Assembly (NCBI GenBank): GCA_031431875.1
Contig: JANPEF010000153.1
Span: 32,001 to 96,000 of the forward strand
DNA: 64,000 bases
Source: Candidatus Eiseniibacteriota bacterium
GTDB lineage: Bacteria > Eisenbacteria > RBG-16-71-46 > DASYSL01
Direction of reading: 5' to 3'
The translations under genes were made by a program, and so were the position numbers. The notes beneath the pieces were generated by a model that saw only the letters and a list, made by a program, of their open reading frames with translations, did no database searches and was not told where the DNA came from. Every line of letters starts with the position of its first letter. The stretch's first letter is position 1. Positions 27,988-38,302 of the stretch are shown one piece after another.

Positions 27988-30296
27988 CGCGACGCCCCCG
28001 GGCCCCGTCGTTCGCCTGCGGGCAGGGGCTCGACGCCGAGCACGCGCATGACCGCGCGCACCGCGACGCGCGCCTCGTCGTGGTGGAACGAGTGCAGTGG
28101 GAAGCCGAACCACACCACCTCGCCGTGCTCGCTGCCGTAGTAGTGGATCGCGTTCGGCCGGCCGTCGCTCAGGGCGCCCGGGCCGACGCCGCTGTAGTCG
28201 CGGGCCTGCAGCAGATAGAGCGTGTCGAGCACCGCGCGCTGGCCGGCGCCCGTGCCCTCGGTGATCACGTTGGGCTTCGAGACGTACCAGGTCTGGTTGA
28301 TCGAGCGCTGGTTCACGTCGGGATTCGCGCCGCGGAACGTGTCGAGCGTGAGCTGCGGCAGGTCGGACCAGCGCACCGCGGTGCGCTCGGCGCCCGGTCC
28401 GATGCGCGGGTCGTGGGCGCGGTCGGTGTCGCTCGCCGGCCCGCGGAAGGCGGGCAGGAAGGGGATCGCGCCGCGCAGCTGCTCGAGACGCGTGAACGAG
28501 ATCGACGCCGTTCCCGCCGTGTTCAGCTCGGAGCGCAGGTGCAGGAAGTCGTGGAGGAAGCTGCCCTGGCGCAGCACGTACTGGCGCGCATTTGCCGGCG
28601 AGTTGGTGTACGGGATGTACGGCGCCGGCGGGAGGAACCCGTAGCCGATGCAAGCCGGCGCGCCCTCGCCGAACATGAACAGCTTGCCGCCCTGGCGCAG
28701 GTATGCCGCGAGCGTGTTGAGCCGCCCGCTGGTGTTGATCTGGACGAGCGCGTTGTTCTGTCCCGAGGCGCGATGGTCGGCATACCACGCGACGACGCGG
28801 TAGCGCCCCAGGCGCTCGAGCGTGATGTCGTTCAGTTGTGCCGAGCGCCAGTCGAGCGTGTCGCAAGGCAGCCCGGCAAACGCGCCGGGCACGCTCGTCC
28901 CGCCGACCAGGCGGTCGGGGAAGCCGCCGACGGCGAAGTGGAACGTGTCCTGCTCCGCTTCGGTCGGATAGGGGTTCGCCGGCGAGTAGGAGAGCGTTCC
29001 ATCCATGTCGTCGATGACCAGCAGCGGGTTCTCGAAGGTCGGCCGGATCACGTTCATGCGCAGCGTGAACAGCGACACGAACCCGAGGTCGTCGCGCGCC
29101 TCGACGTACATGAAGTGAGTCCGTGTCGTGTCGGCGCTGCCCGCGAAGGGACCGACGCCGGCGGTCGTCTCGGCGAGCGACCACGTGCTCCAGCGGTGGA
29201 TGTCGAAGTCGTCGGCGCGCGGCGTCTCGTCGGTGATGTCGCCGCCGACGAGATCGAGCGCCCAGCGGTAGCCCGTGATCGTCGAGCCCGTGTTCGCCTG
29301 GCCCGACCAGCGGAAGCCGACGCTGACGCCCTCGGGCACTTCGATCGTCGGGATGCGCGACGGATCGAGGCTGATCCCGCCGGTCGTCTGCGTGCGGCTG
29401 AAGAACTCGTTGGCCAGCGTGATGCGCGGTCCCAGGTTCTTGAGCTGCGGGCGGAACAGCAGGACGTTGGCGTCGCGCAGGAAACGCTGCGTCGTCGCGC
29501 CCGCGCCGTCGATGGCGACGACGGCGAACACGTGCAGCGCGTCGACGGACAGTCCCGCATAGGCGCGCGACACCGTGGTCGCGTCGTAGGTCTCCCAGCC
29601 GACGAAACCCGTCAGCGCCTCGCGCGCGAAGTACTCCTGGAGCCGGGCGGCGGTGACGAGTTCGGGCTGGGTCGGGCGGATCGCCGTGGCGAGCACGAGG
29701 CGGCCGCGGTAGCCGACCGGCCCGGCGCCGTCGATCGCATCCGAGTCGACGCCCCGCCAGCGAATCGTCACCGACGTGCGCGTCGAAGTGGGCTGCTGGC
29801 GGTTCGGGATCGGCGCCGTGATGAACGCCTCGGGCGACACCGTGCGCGAGGTGAACGAGCGCGAGACCCGCGGTGAGGCGTCGCCGGCGCCGTCGATCGC
29901 GCGCAGCACGAAGGTGTGGGCGTCGCGCGAGTAAGCCACCGTGCCGGCCAGTGGCACGGGGCTCGACGGCGTGGTCGAGGGCAGCGCGAGGTTGAGCGTG
30001 AACTCCTTCGTCGCGATCCACGCCGTGTCGGTGTCGGGCAGGGGATCGAGCGCGTACTCGAAGCGCTCGATGCGTCCGTCCGGATCGTAGCCGGACCACG
30101 AGAGGTCGACCTGGTAGCTCGTCTCGCTGAGCGGGCGGGGCGCCGCGGTGAGTCGCACCTCGGGCCGCAGGTTGGGCAACGCGGTGCCCCCCGGATCCGA
30201 TCCACAGCCCGGAGCGGCGACGACGACCGCGGCCAGGGCGGCGGCGGTCCACAGGAGTGCAAGGGTCGAGAGGGTCGGGCGCGCGGTGTCCGGCAT
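27984..30296 (-). CDS. Large lipoprotein with Ig/FN3-like domains, unknown function
   Basis: 'AAPGC' lipobox; 'WSGYDPDGRIERFEY', 'HTFVLRAIDGAG' beta-sandwich-type repeats. Confidence 0.7.
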   Translation of the reverse strand: MPDTARPTLSTLALLWTAAALAAVVVAAPGCGSDPGGTALPNLRPEVRLTAAPRPLSETSYQVDLSWSGYDPDGRIERFEYALDPLPDTDTAWIATKEFTLNLALPSTTPSSPVPLAGTVAYSRDAHTFVLRAIDGAGDASPRVSRSFTSRTVSPEAFITAPIPNRQQPTSTRTSVTIRWRGVDSDAIDGAGPVGYRGRLVLATAIRPTQPELVTAARLQEYFAREALTGFVGWETYDATTVSRAYAGLSVDALHVFAVVAIDGAGATTQRFLRDANVLLFRPQLKNLGPRITLANEFFSRTQTTGGISLDPSRIPTIEVPEGVSVGFRWSGQANTGSTITGYRWALDLVGGDITDETPRADDFDIHRWSTWSLAETTAGVGPFAGSADTTRTHFMYVEARDDLGFVSLFTLRMNVIRPTFENPLLVIDDMDGTLSYSPANPYPTEAEQDTFHFAVGGFPDRLVGGTSVPGAFAGLPCDTLDWRSAQLNDITLERLGRYRVVAWYADHRASGQNNALVQINTSGRLNTLAAYLRQGGKLFMFGEGAPACIGYGFLPPAPYIPYTNSPANARQYVLRQGSFLHDFLHLRSELNTAGTASISFTRLEQLRGAIPFLPAFRGPASDTDRAHDPRIGPGAERTAVRWSDLPQLTLDTFRGANPDVNQRSINQTWYVSKPNVITEGTGAGQRAVLDTLYLLQARDYSGVGPGALSDGRPNAIHYYGSEHGEVVWFGFPLHSFHHDEARVAVRAVMRVLGVEPLPAGERRGPGASR

Positions 30297-30356
30297 GGCG
30301 ATTCATCAGTCTAGCACGCCGATCGGGGGACTGGGCTGTGCTAACGTGATGCGGCC

Positions 30357-32483
30357 ATGCCCGTTCCCGCACTCCACCGGACCCTTCGCCCCGAGCGAAC
30401 CACGCCCGTCCAGTTCCTCCCCGGCGTCGGGCCACGCCGTGCGGCGCTCCTCGAGAAGCTGGGCGTGCGGATTCTCGACGACCTGCTCCTGCACGTTCCA
30501 CGCGAGTACCTCGACGCGCGCCAGGTGCGGCCGATTGCGAGCCTCCGGCCGGACGAACTGGTGACCGTCGTCGGCGTGGTCCAGGGGCACGAGCTCCGCA
30601 GCGCGCGGGGCCGCTCGGACCTGCGCCTGCGCGTGGTCGACGCGAGCGGAGTCCTCGGCGTCATCTTCTTCGGTCAGGGATTCCTCGCCCGGGCGCTGCC
30701 CGATGGCGCGACCGTGGCGCTCATCGGCCAGCTCACTCCGGGGCCGGGACGCACGTTCGCCAACCCGCTGTTCGAGGTCCTGCCCGACGATGCGACCGCG
30801 CAACTGGCCGCCGGCCGCATCGTGCCGCGGCACGCCCTCACCGCCGGCATCTCGGGGCGACAGCTGCGCGCGTGGATCCGCGCCGCGCTCGACGCGACCG
30901 CCGAGGATCTCGCCGCCGCCGAGCCGCTGCCCGCGCCGTTGCGCGCGCGGCTCGAGCTGCCCGGCCTTGCCGCCGCCCTCGAAGCGGTGCACTTCCCGCC
31001 CGACCTCGTCGCCGCCGAGCGCGCCCGTCGCCGCCTCGCGTTCGACGAGCTGCTCGCCGTGCAGCTGGTGCTCGCGGTGCGGCGCCGGGCGCGCGAGGAG
31101 AGCGGCGTCGGGCTCGTCACCGCGCGCGGGGTGGCGCGCGCCAGGGCCGCGATCGCGGCGTTGCCGTTCGCGCCCACCGGGGCGCAGAAGCGTGCCGTCA
31201 ACGAGATCGTCCGCGACATGCGGGAGCCGCGCTCGATGCACCGCCTGCTGGTGGGGGACGTGGGCACGGGCAAGACCGCGGTCGCGCTGCTGGCCGCGGC
31301 CTGCGCGGCCGAGGCCGGCTTCCAGGTCGCGTTCATGGCGCCGACCGAGATCCTGGCCGAGCAGCACTTCCGCACTCTCGGTGCGCTGGGTGCGGCGGCC
31401 GGGCTGGTCGTCGCACGCTGGACCGGTTCGACCGGCGCGGCCGAGCGGCGGGAGCTCAAGAAGCGCCTCGCGCTCGCGCCCGACGATCCGCATCGCGTCG
31501 ACGTGCTGGTGGGCACGCACGCACTGCTCGAGCCCGAGGTGCCGCTGCCACGCCTGGGCCTGGTCGTCGTCGACGAGCAGCATCGCTTCGGCGTGCGTCA
31601 GCGCGCCGCGCTCGCGGGCAAGGGCACGGGCTTTCCCGACGTGCTCGTCATGACGGCGACGCCGATCCCGCGCACGCTCGCGCTGGCGCTGTTCGGCGAC
31701 CTCGACGTGACCGTGCTCGACGAGCGGCCGGCCGGGCGCCAGCCGATCGGGACGCGCGTCGTCGACGAGGCGCGGCGCGAGGATCTGTACACGTTTCTCG
31801 CCGCCGAGTTGGCCCGCGGTCGCCAGGCCTACGTCGTCTACCCGTTGGTCGAGGAGAGCGAAAAGAGCGAGTTGCGCGCGGCGACCGCGATGATCGCGAA
31901 CCTGGCGCAGCACCCCACGCTGGCCGCGTTTCGCTGGGCGCTGCTGCACGGCCGCATGAAGCCCGCCGAGAAGGATGCGGTGATGAAGGAGTTCGCGGCG
32001 GGGGCGATCGACGGCCTGGTGGCCACGACCGTCATCGAGGTGGGCGTCGACGTGCCCAACGCGACCGTGATGGTGGTCGAGCACGCCGAGCGTTTCGGGC
32101 TCACCCAGCTGCACCAATTGCGCGGCCGCGTCGGCCGCGGCGCCGAGCGCTCGACCTGCATCCTGGTGGCGGGCCCGCGCTCCTCGGCCGAGGCGAGGGG
32201 CCGCCTCGCGCTGCTCGCGAGGAGCGACGACGGCTTCCACCTGGCCGCGGAGGACCTGCGTGCGCGCGGCGCCGGCGAGCTGTGGGGCGCGCGGCAGACA
32301 GGGCTTCCCGAGTTCCGGATCGCCGACCTGGCGCGTGACCTCGACCTGGTCGAGACCGCGCGGGATGCGGCGCAGGCCATGATCGCGGCCGACCCGCAGC
32401 TGCTTGCGCCCGGGCACGCGCTCCTGCGCGAGCGCCTGCTCCGCAAGTTCGCCGAGGAGCTGTCGTGGCGGGCGACCGGATGA
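30357..32483 (+). CDS. recG: ATP-dependent DNA helicase RecG
   Basis: 'GDVGTGKT', '[11 protein letters not shown]', 'DEQHRFG', '[10 protein letters not shown]', '[12 protein letters not shown]'. Confidence 0.97.
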   Translation: MPVPALHRTLRPERTTPVQFLPGVGPRRAALLEKLGVRILDDLLLHVPREYLDARQVRPIASLRPDELVTVVGVVQGHELRSARGRSDLRLRVVDASGVLGVIFFGQGFLARALPDGATVALIGQLTPGPGRTFANPLFEVLPDDATAQLAAGRIVPRHALTAGISGRQLRAWIRAALDATAEDLAAAEPLPAPLRARLELPGLAAALEAVHFPPDLVAAERARRRLAFDELLAVQLVLAVRRRAREESGVGLVTARGVARARAAIAALPFAPTGAQKRAVNEIVRDMREPRSMHRLLVGDVGTGKTAVALLAAACAAEAGFQVAFMAPTEILAEQHFRTLGALGAAAGLVVARWTGSTGAAERRELKKRLALAPDDPHRVDVLVGTHALLEPEVPLPRLGLVVVDEQHRFGVRQRAALAGKGTGFPDVLVMTATPIPRTLALALFGDLDVTVLDERPAGRQPIGTRVVDEARREDLYTFLAAELARGRQAYVVYPLVEESEKSELRAATAMIANLAQHPTLAAFRWALLHGRMKPAEKDAVMKEFAAGAIDGLVATTVIEVGVDVPNATVMVVEHAERFGLTQLHQLRGRVGRGAERSTCILVAGPRSSAEARGRLALLARSDDGFHLAAEDLRARGAGELWGARQTGLPEFRIADLARDLDLVETARDAAQAMIAADPQLLAPGHALLRERLLRKFAEELSWRATG

Positions 32484-32824
32484 GCGGCTGGCGCGTCGAT
32501 TGCCCGGGCTGCGGCGAGCCGTCGCTGCTGCCGGCCGCGCTGGCTCGGGAGGGTGCCCGGGTGCGCTGCCCCGCGTGCGCGACGGTGTTCGCGGCGGCCG
32601 ATCCCCTGGCGGTCGAGGCCTGTCTGCTGGCGATGGAGGCGTGGTTGGCGCAGGAGCCCGGCGGTCGTGGTGCGCTCGCTCGGGCCCGCGACGAGGAGCG
32701 CTTCTGGCGCGATCACGGCGCGTCGTTCCTCGACTGGCGCGAGGGCGAGGGGGCGGAGTGGTCGGCCGAGACCGCGCGCGCCGCTCTGGCGCGCGTGCTC
32801 GGGCCCGGCGCGAGCCTGTTCTAG
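32480..32824 (+). CDS. Zinc-ribbon (MJ0042-like CxxC...CxxC) protein
   Basis: 'CPGC...[10 protein letters not shown]'; ATGA overlap with recG. Confidence 0.75.
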   Translation: MSGWRVDCPGCGEPSLLPAALAREGARVRCPACATVFAAADPLAVEACLLAMEAWLAQEPGGRGALARARDEERFWRDHGASFLDWREGEGAEWSAETARAALARVLGPGASLF

Positions 32825-34080
32825 CGCGTCGCGGCCTGTCCCCGGCCGGCGACGAGCCCCAACCCGATCAGCAAGAGCGCGCCGCCGGCGAGCGTCGCGG
32901 CCTCGCCGAAGGCGTGCACCATTGGTGCTGCGAGCGCGGCGGTGACGAGGAACGCGGCCCGTGCCAGCGCATCGCGGGCCGCGAAGACGCGGGCCCGCAG
33001 ATCCTCGGCGACGGCCTCCTGCAACGCGGTCTCGCTGAGGAAGAAGACCGGCGCGGCGAAGAATCCGCACACGAATCCCGCGGCCGCCATCCACGGCAGC
33101 GTGGGTGCGAATGCGAAGCCGAGCAGCCCCGCACCGGCGCCGAGCAGGCCCGTCGCCAGCGCGCCGCCGCGCGAGCCCGTCGCCTCGGCCGCGCGCCCGC
33201 GTTCGCGGCGGAGCGCGATCGCCGTCCCGATCAACGCGCCGATCGCGAGCGCGCCAAGCAGCAGCCCCAGACCGGTGACCGCGGTCGAGCCGCGTTGCAC
33301 GTGGGCTGTACCCGCGACGTGCAGAACGCCGCCGGCGACCCAGGTCGCGATCGCCGCGACGAGCGGCCCCCGCGCCCGCGGCGTTCCCAGCGCGACACGC
33401 CACCCGGTCGCCACGTCGGACGCCGCGTGACGCCAGGGTGCGGCGTCCGCCGCGATCGTCGGCGTCGCGCCCGATCCGACGCGGTCCACGCCCGCGCGCA
33501 ACAACCCCGCCAGCGCGAGCACGCTGACGCCGTAGGTCAAGGCATCGAGGTAGAGCGCCGTCGCCGGTCCGAAGCGATCGACCAGTGGACCGCCGAGTGT
33601 CGTGCCGAGCAACGTCGCCACGACGCCACCGAGCACGAGGATCGCGTTTCCCGCCGCCAGGGACTCGGGCGGCACGAGGCGCGGCGGGAGAGCCGAGCGC
33701 GCGGGCAGGAAGAATGCATTGAGCGTGAAGGCAAGGGCGACGAGCGCGAACACCGGGGCGAGCGAGCCGCTCGCCAGGTAGGCGAGTGGGATCGCCGCGA
33801 CGACGAATGCGCGCAGCAGGTCGGTCACCAGCAGCGTGCGCACCAGCGAGGTGCGATCGACGATCGCGCCGGCCCACGGCGACACGAACAGCGACGGGCC
33901 CATCATCGCCCACGCGAGCACGGCGAGCGCGGCCGCGGGATCGGTGCCGTGCGCGGCGGCGTGCGCGGAGAACAGCGCGACCAGGGCGAGATAGTTGAAG
34001 CGATCGCCGGCGATCGAGACGACCTGACCGACCAGCAGGAAACGAAACGGCGGGCGCGAGAGGGCGGTGGCGACGCTCAT
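32821..34080 (-). CDS. MFS transporter (H+ antiporter/LplT-like)
   Basis: About 12 TMs; 'GQVVSIAGD', 'AGAIVDR', 'LRARVFA'. Confidence 0.85.
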   Translation of the reverse strand: MSVATALSRPPFRFLLVGQVVSIAGDRFNYLALVALFSAHAAAHGTDPAAALAVLAWAMMGPSLFVSPWAGAIVDRTSLVRTLLVTDLLRAFVVAAIPLAYLASGSLAPVFALVALAFTLNAFFLPARSALPPRLVPPESLAAGNAILVLGGVVATLLGTTLGGPLVDRFGPATALYLDALTYGVSVLALAGLLRAGVDRVGSGATPTIAADAAPWRHAASDVATGWRVALGTPRARGPLVAAIATWVAGGVLHVAGTAHVQRGSTAVTGLGLLLGALAIGALIGTAIALRRERGRAAEATGSRGGALATGLLGAGAGLLGFAFAPTLPWMAAAGFVCGFFAAPVFFLSETALQEAVAEDLRARVFAARDALARAAFLVTAALAAPMVHAFGEAATLAGGALLLIGLGLVAGRGQAATR

Positions 34081-35195
34081 CCGGCCGCTGCGCGGACCTC
34101 GTGGTAGTAGGCCTCGAGGCGGGCGGCGATGACGTCCCAGCCGAACGTCTCGGCGCGCAGACGTCCGCGTGCGGCGAGCGCGAGCCGGCGGGCGGGGTCG
34201 CGCAGCAGCCGCGCCAGCGCCTCGGCCAGCGCCTTCACGTCGCCGGGCGGGACCAGCACGCCATCGTCGGGGGTGGCGACGACCGAGCGATATCCGGGGA
34301 TGTCCGAGGCGACGAGCGGCCGGCCGGCCGCCATGGCCTCGAGCAGCACGATGCCGAACGACTCGTTGCGCAGCGCCGGCGAGACGACGACGTGCGCCGA
34401 GGCATACCACGAAGGCAGTTCGGCCGCGGGGACCGCGCCGGCGAACAGGACGTGCTCGCGATCGGGACCCGACAGCCGGCGCTCGAGCCACGGGCGCAGG
34501 AACGACGACCCCACGACCACGAGCCGCGCTTCGGGCACGGCGCGACGCAGGCGCGGGAACGCGTCGAGCAGCACGGGAAGTCCCTTGCGCGGATCGAGCC
34601 GGCCGACGAACAGCACGTTCAGCCGCCCGTCGGCGAGCGCGGGCAGGGGCGGCACGTCGGGGTGGAAGCGCCGCACGTCGACGCCGTTGGGGATGATGCG
34701 GTACTCCCCCGGGAAGTGGCGCTCGACGAACGAGCGCGCGGTGGTCGACACCGCGATCCGGCCGCGCAGCCGGCGCCAGTGCTCGTCGAGCGGCCGGCGG
34801 AACAGACGGAACAGGCGGCTGTCGTCGCCGGCAGCGTGAAAGGTGCCGACCACGGGCGCGTCGGCCGTCTCGCCGGTCAACAGCGGCAGCGTCGGCGTGA
34901 GCGGCTGGTGCACGTGCACGAGGTCGAACGTGCGCTCGCGCCACAGCGCGCGCAGGTCGCGGCGCAGCATGGGACCGATCGTCAGGTCGACGAAGGCGCC
35001 CTGGAACGGCACCAGGATGCTGGTGCCGACGCGCACCACCTCCGGCGGATCGGCGCCGCGGTAGCCGGGCGGGCGCCCCGTGACGACGGTGACCTCGTGG
35101 CCGCGTGTGCGCAGTTCGGCCGCGGTGTGGGCGACGTGCTCGGTGACGCCACCGAAGCGCGGATAATACGACTGGCTGACGAGGGCGATCTTCAC
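34077..35195 (-). CDS. GT4 glycosyltransferase, PimA-like
   Basis: 'GGVTEHV', 'IIPNGVD', 'FVGRLDPRKG', 'ESFGIVLLEAMAAG', 'ASDIPGY'. Confidence 0.85.
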   Translation of the reverse strand: MKIALVSQSYYPRFGGVTEHVAHTAAELRTRGHEVTVVTGRPPGYRGADPPEVVRVGTSILVPFQGAFVDLTIGPMLRRDLRALWRERTFDLVHVHQPLTPTLPLLTGETADAPVVGTFHAAGDDSRLFRLFRRPLDEHWRRLRGRIAVSTTARSFVERHFPGEYRIIPNGVDVRRFHPDVPPLPALADGRLNVLFVGRLDPRKGLPVLLDAFPRLRRAVPEARLVVVGSSFLRPWLERRLSGPDREHVLFAGAVPAAELPSWYASAHVVVSPALRNESFGIVLLEAMAAGRPLVASDIPGYRSVVATPDDGVLVPPGDVKALAEALARLLRDPARRLALAARGRLRAETFGWDVIAARLEAYYHEVRAAAG

Positions 35196-36067
35196 GCGGG
35201 CTCTCCCGCTCCGTCGACGCCGGTCCCGGCACCCGTGAAGAACGGACGGAACAGGCACCACTCCCCGGGGCCCTCGGCGAGCACGGCCTCGAGCCACGAG
35301 GCGACCCGGGCATGCAGGCGGGCTTCGTCGAGCGGTCCGGATCCAGATTCCTCCGGCGTGTCGAGCGGGGTGAGTGCAATGAGATAGCGGGCGGAGTCCG
35401 CCGGATCGCGCCGGCAGCGTCCCGCCACCAGGCGGGCGCCGAAGCGTGCGGCAAGCCGGGCCGGACCGCGGGGGAGCGCAACGCGCCGACCGGCGACGGC
35501 GGCCGGGGCGGTCGCCGTGACGACGTCGCCATCGACCAGCAGCGCGACCACCGCGCCACGACGCAGCGCGCGAGCGAGTCGCACGGGGGAGGCCTCGGGC
35601 CCGACGACCTCGATCCCCAGTCGCTTTTTCGCCCGGCGCAGCGCGGGGGTCCACTCGGCCCTCATCTGGACGCCGGCAACCGCGACGACCGAAAGCCCCG
35701 CGGCGGCGAGGGCGGCGGCGCCCCATTCCCACTCGCCGACATGCGCGGCGACGAGCACGGTGCCCCGGCCCTCGCGCGCGGCGGCGACGAGGGGGGCGAG
35801 GCCCGCGATCGAGGTGCGGGCCGCGACGTCGGAGCGGTTCATGCCCAGCAGGCGCAGCCAGCCCAAGAGCGAGGTCACGTAGCGGATGAAGGGGCGCTCG
35901 AGCGGAAAGCGCGCGGCGAGTGCGGCCCGGTTGGCCCGAACGGCCGCCCGACGTGGGGAGTCGAGCGCACACCACGCGCGGCCGACGACTCCCGCAACCA
36001 CCGCATCAGAGGCGGGGGCAAGGAGGGAGGCGGCACGGGAAGCGAACGCGAGCGAGGGAAGGACCAT
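35192..36067 (-). CDS. Lysophospholipid/lipid A acyltransferase family (PatA/LpxL-like)
   Basis: 'HVGEWE' (HxGxWE), 'LLVDGD', 'LPRGPARLA', 'PGEWCLFRPFF'. Confidence 0.8.
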   Translation of the reverse strand: MVLPSLAFASRAASLLAPASDAVVAGVVGRAWCALDSPRRAAVRANRAALAARFPLERPFIRYVTSLLGWLRLLGMNRSDVAARTSIAGLAPLVAAAREGRGTVLVAAHVGEWEWGAAALAAAGLSVVAVAGVQMRAEWTPALRRAKKRLGIEVVGPEASPVRLARALRRGAVVALLVDGDVVTATAPAAVAGRRVALPRGPARLAARFGARLVAGRCRRDPADSARYLIALTPLDTPEESGSGPLDEARLHARVASWLEAVLAEGPGEWCLFRPFFTGAGTGVDGAGEPA

Positions 36068-36125
36068 GGATCGCGAGTGAAGCGCGGCCCGGGGCGGGCG
36101 TCAACCAGCGATTCCCCGGGGCCGT

Positions 36126-37718
36126 CTACAGGGAGGAGGTCAGGCGCAACTCGACCCCGCGAAACGCGGGGACGTCATAGCAGGTGCCGGCCGTGCAAGC
36201 GAGTCCGCCGCGGCGGCTGCCGATCAGCAACGTGGCCTCGTGGCCGCGCGCGATCGTCGCTCCGATGACGGCGGCGAGAAACGTTCGCGGTTCCCCGGGG
36301 CGGTCGCCTTCCTCCTGGAGGGGATCGGTCGAGCGCTCCCAGGCAAGCCCCAGGCTGCCCAGTCCGGCGCGTTGCACGCCCACTGCGACGAGGTCGTCGC
36401 GAAAGCCGGTCGACGGCGCGCGCGTCGCGTTCTGCCGCTCCAGATCAAAGGTCGCGGACCAGGGCCCCGCCATCGTCACCGAGCCGGCCGTGCCGAAGAC
36501 TTCCCGCCGCGTGATGAACACGAACTCGTCCTCGCCGCGCTCGTAGAATGCGGTGGCCTCGCCTCGACCCCACAGCAAGCCGGCCTCCGCTCCTGGCACG
36601 TGCAGCTCGAAGTACTCGCTGACGAATCGCGGCGTGCGCGAGCCGAAGCGTCCGTCGGAGCGCGACAGGTTGACGGTGAAGGCGCCCCACTGCGGCGACG
36701 TCGCGATTCCTTCCAATTGATAGCCCTGCTCGCTGGAGGCGTTGAGCACGTGCGTATTCCGGTTCAGCAGCGGAAACGCATGCTCGCGAACGAGCGAGGG
36801 CGGATCGTTGGTGCCGAAGCGGAAGTCGCGGTAATCCTTCCACTCGGCGGCAAGCGCCACGGGGCCGGCCAGGAAGTTGAGCCCGGCGTACAGCGCGTGC
36901 GGTGTCCCTTCGTCGGTGCGGAAACGGAACCAGTCGCCCGCCGTGCCGTCGGTCTGTGCGTACTCGGCGTACACCGGAAGCGCCAGTCCCGTGACGCCGA
37001 AGGCGCGCAGGGGATCAATCTCGATGAATCCCGTCCCGTGCGACCGGTCGGTCGTGCCGCCCGGGGAGGCCAGGACATCGCGCAGGTAGGCCGCGCCGGC
37101 GCGTGCCCAGGGCCTTGGGGCGATCTCGACCTGGCCGCCGGACACATCCCCCGGATTGCGGTCGACCTCGAGCGCCTCGGCGAGACCCGGAGAGATCGTG
37201 CCGCCGCCCGGCGCGCCGGCGAGCCCGCGCCCGGAGACCCATCCGACGCGGCCTTCGACCAACGCCCCGTCGACGTCCCGGGACAGCGCGTACCGCGAGT
37301 CCGGGCCCGGCGGATCCAGCACGACGGCGGGCACCTCGAACGAGCGATGAATCAGGCCGCGGCCGAGGATCGTGTAGACGTTGCCGACCCGCCCGCGGAA
37401 CGAGGCATCCGTCCCGGTCGCACTCCACTCGGCGAAGCGCTGGGTGATGGTCGCGTATTCGAACTGGTCCTGGCTGTTCCGGTCGGTCTCGAAGCGCAAC
37501 CCGAGCCGCAACGACTCACGCGCGTAACCGAGAACGAGTCCATCGTAGAGATCGGTGCGGTCGGTGGGCTGCGTGATGTCGAAGGGATCAGAACCAACAC
37601 GCATCTCGAGCAGGTTCGAGACCGCGAGCTGTGCGGCTGCCGGCGGGACGCAGGTGGCCAACGCGAGCAGGAGGACGAGCGCAATCCGGCCGCTCGCGAC
37701 GGCTGCGGAACCAGCCAT
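36126..37718 (-). CDS. Outer-membrane beta-barrel, DUF6029-like
   Basis: Signal peptide; amphipathic beta strands; 'GNVYTILGRGL', 'NDPPSLVREH', C-terminal 'RRGGLACTAGTCYDVPAFRG'. Confidence 0.7.
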   Translation of the reverse strand: MAGSAAVASGRIALVLLLALATCVPPAAAQLAVSNLLEMRVGSDPFDITQPTDRTDLYDGLVLGYARESLRLGLRFETDRNSQDQFEYATITQRFAEWSATGTDASFRGRVGNVYTILGRGLIHRSFEVPAVVLDPPGPDSRYALSRDVDGALVEGRVGWVSGRGLAGAPGGGTISPGLAEALEVDRNPGDVSGGQVEIAPRPWARAGAAYLRDVLASPGGTTDRSHGTGFIEIDPLRAFGVTGLALPVYAEYAQTDGTAGDWFRFRTDEGTPHALYAGLNFLAGPVALAAEWKDYRDFRFGTNDPPSLVREHAFPLLNRNTHVLNASSEQGYQLEGIATSPQWGAFTVNLSRSDGRFGSRTPRFVSEYFELHVPGAEAGLLWGRGEATAFYERGEDEFVFITRREVFGTAGSVTMAGPWSATFDLERQNATRAPSTGFRDDLVAVGVQRAGLGSLGLAWERSTDPLQEEGDRPGEPRTFLAAVIGATIARGHEATLLIGSRRGGLACTAGTCYDVPAFRGVELRLTSSL

Positions 37719-37720
37719 CC

Positions 37721-38302
37721 TCACCGGGACGAGTCCGCGGGAGCCGTCGCCCCCGCGGTCGCGGGCAGCGTGTCCGCGGGCGCGATGACGGGCGGCAACA
37801 GCGCCTCGATGGCGGCGGCCACGGCCGCGCCCTCGCCGGGCCGGTAGCCGGTGAAGCGCCGTACGATCTTGCCGGTGGTGTCGATCAGCACGGCGTTGGG
37901 GACTCCGCGTACCTCGAAGCGCTCTTGCAGGCGGCCGTCCTCGTCGAAGACGATCGGGTAGGTGAGGCCCATGCGGGTGACGAACGGGCGGACCCGCGTG
38001 GCGTTGCGCGGCCCGTCGACCGAGATGCCGACGACGGTCAGTCCCCGCGCGGCATACGCTTCGTGCACGGCCTGAATTTCGGGCAGCGAGGCGAGGCACG
38101 GCTTGCACCACGTCGCCCAGTAATCGAGCAGGATCGGTCCGCGCCGCCGCGCCGCGGCCAGCGGCAGACGCGTCCGCTCGACGGTGGTGAGGACGAGGTC
38201 GTCGATCGCCGCGCCCGTCGCACGCGCGTCCGGGGTGGGAACGAAACACGTCACGATCAGCACGGCAACCAGCGTCCGAAGCCGGATGGGGTGACGGCTC
38301 AC
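37721..38302 (-). CDS. TlpA-family thiol-disulfide oxidoreductase
   Basis: Signal peptide; 'DYWATWCKPC', 'GISVD', 'GVPNAVLID'. Confidence 0.92.
   Translation of the reverse strand: MSRHPIRLRTLVAVLIVTCFVPTPDARATGAAIDDLVLTTVERTRLPLAAARRRGPILLDYWATWCKPCLASLPEIQAVHEAYAARGLTVVGISVDGPRNATRVRPFVTRMGLTYPIVFDEDGRLQERFEVRGVPNAVLIDTTGKIVRRFTGYRPGEGAAVAAAIEALLPPVIAPADTLPATAGATAPADSSR

Noticed and set aside
30311..30346. TAGCAC...GTGCTAA inverted repeat resembling CIRCE (HrcA)
   Set aside because: The spacer is far longer than CIRCE's 9 nt and the inner bases do not match; better explained as divergent extended -10 boxes (TGCTAGACT / TGCTAACGT).
27988..30501. 1746-aa single ORF 25261-30501
   Set aside because: The upstream half is an off-frame shadow of the 27984-30296 gene; the real protein starts at about 27987.
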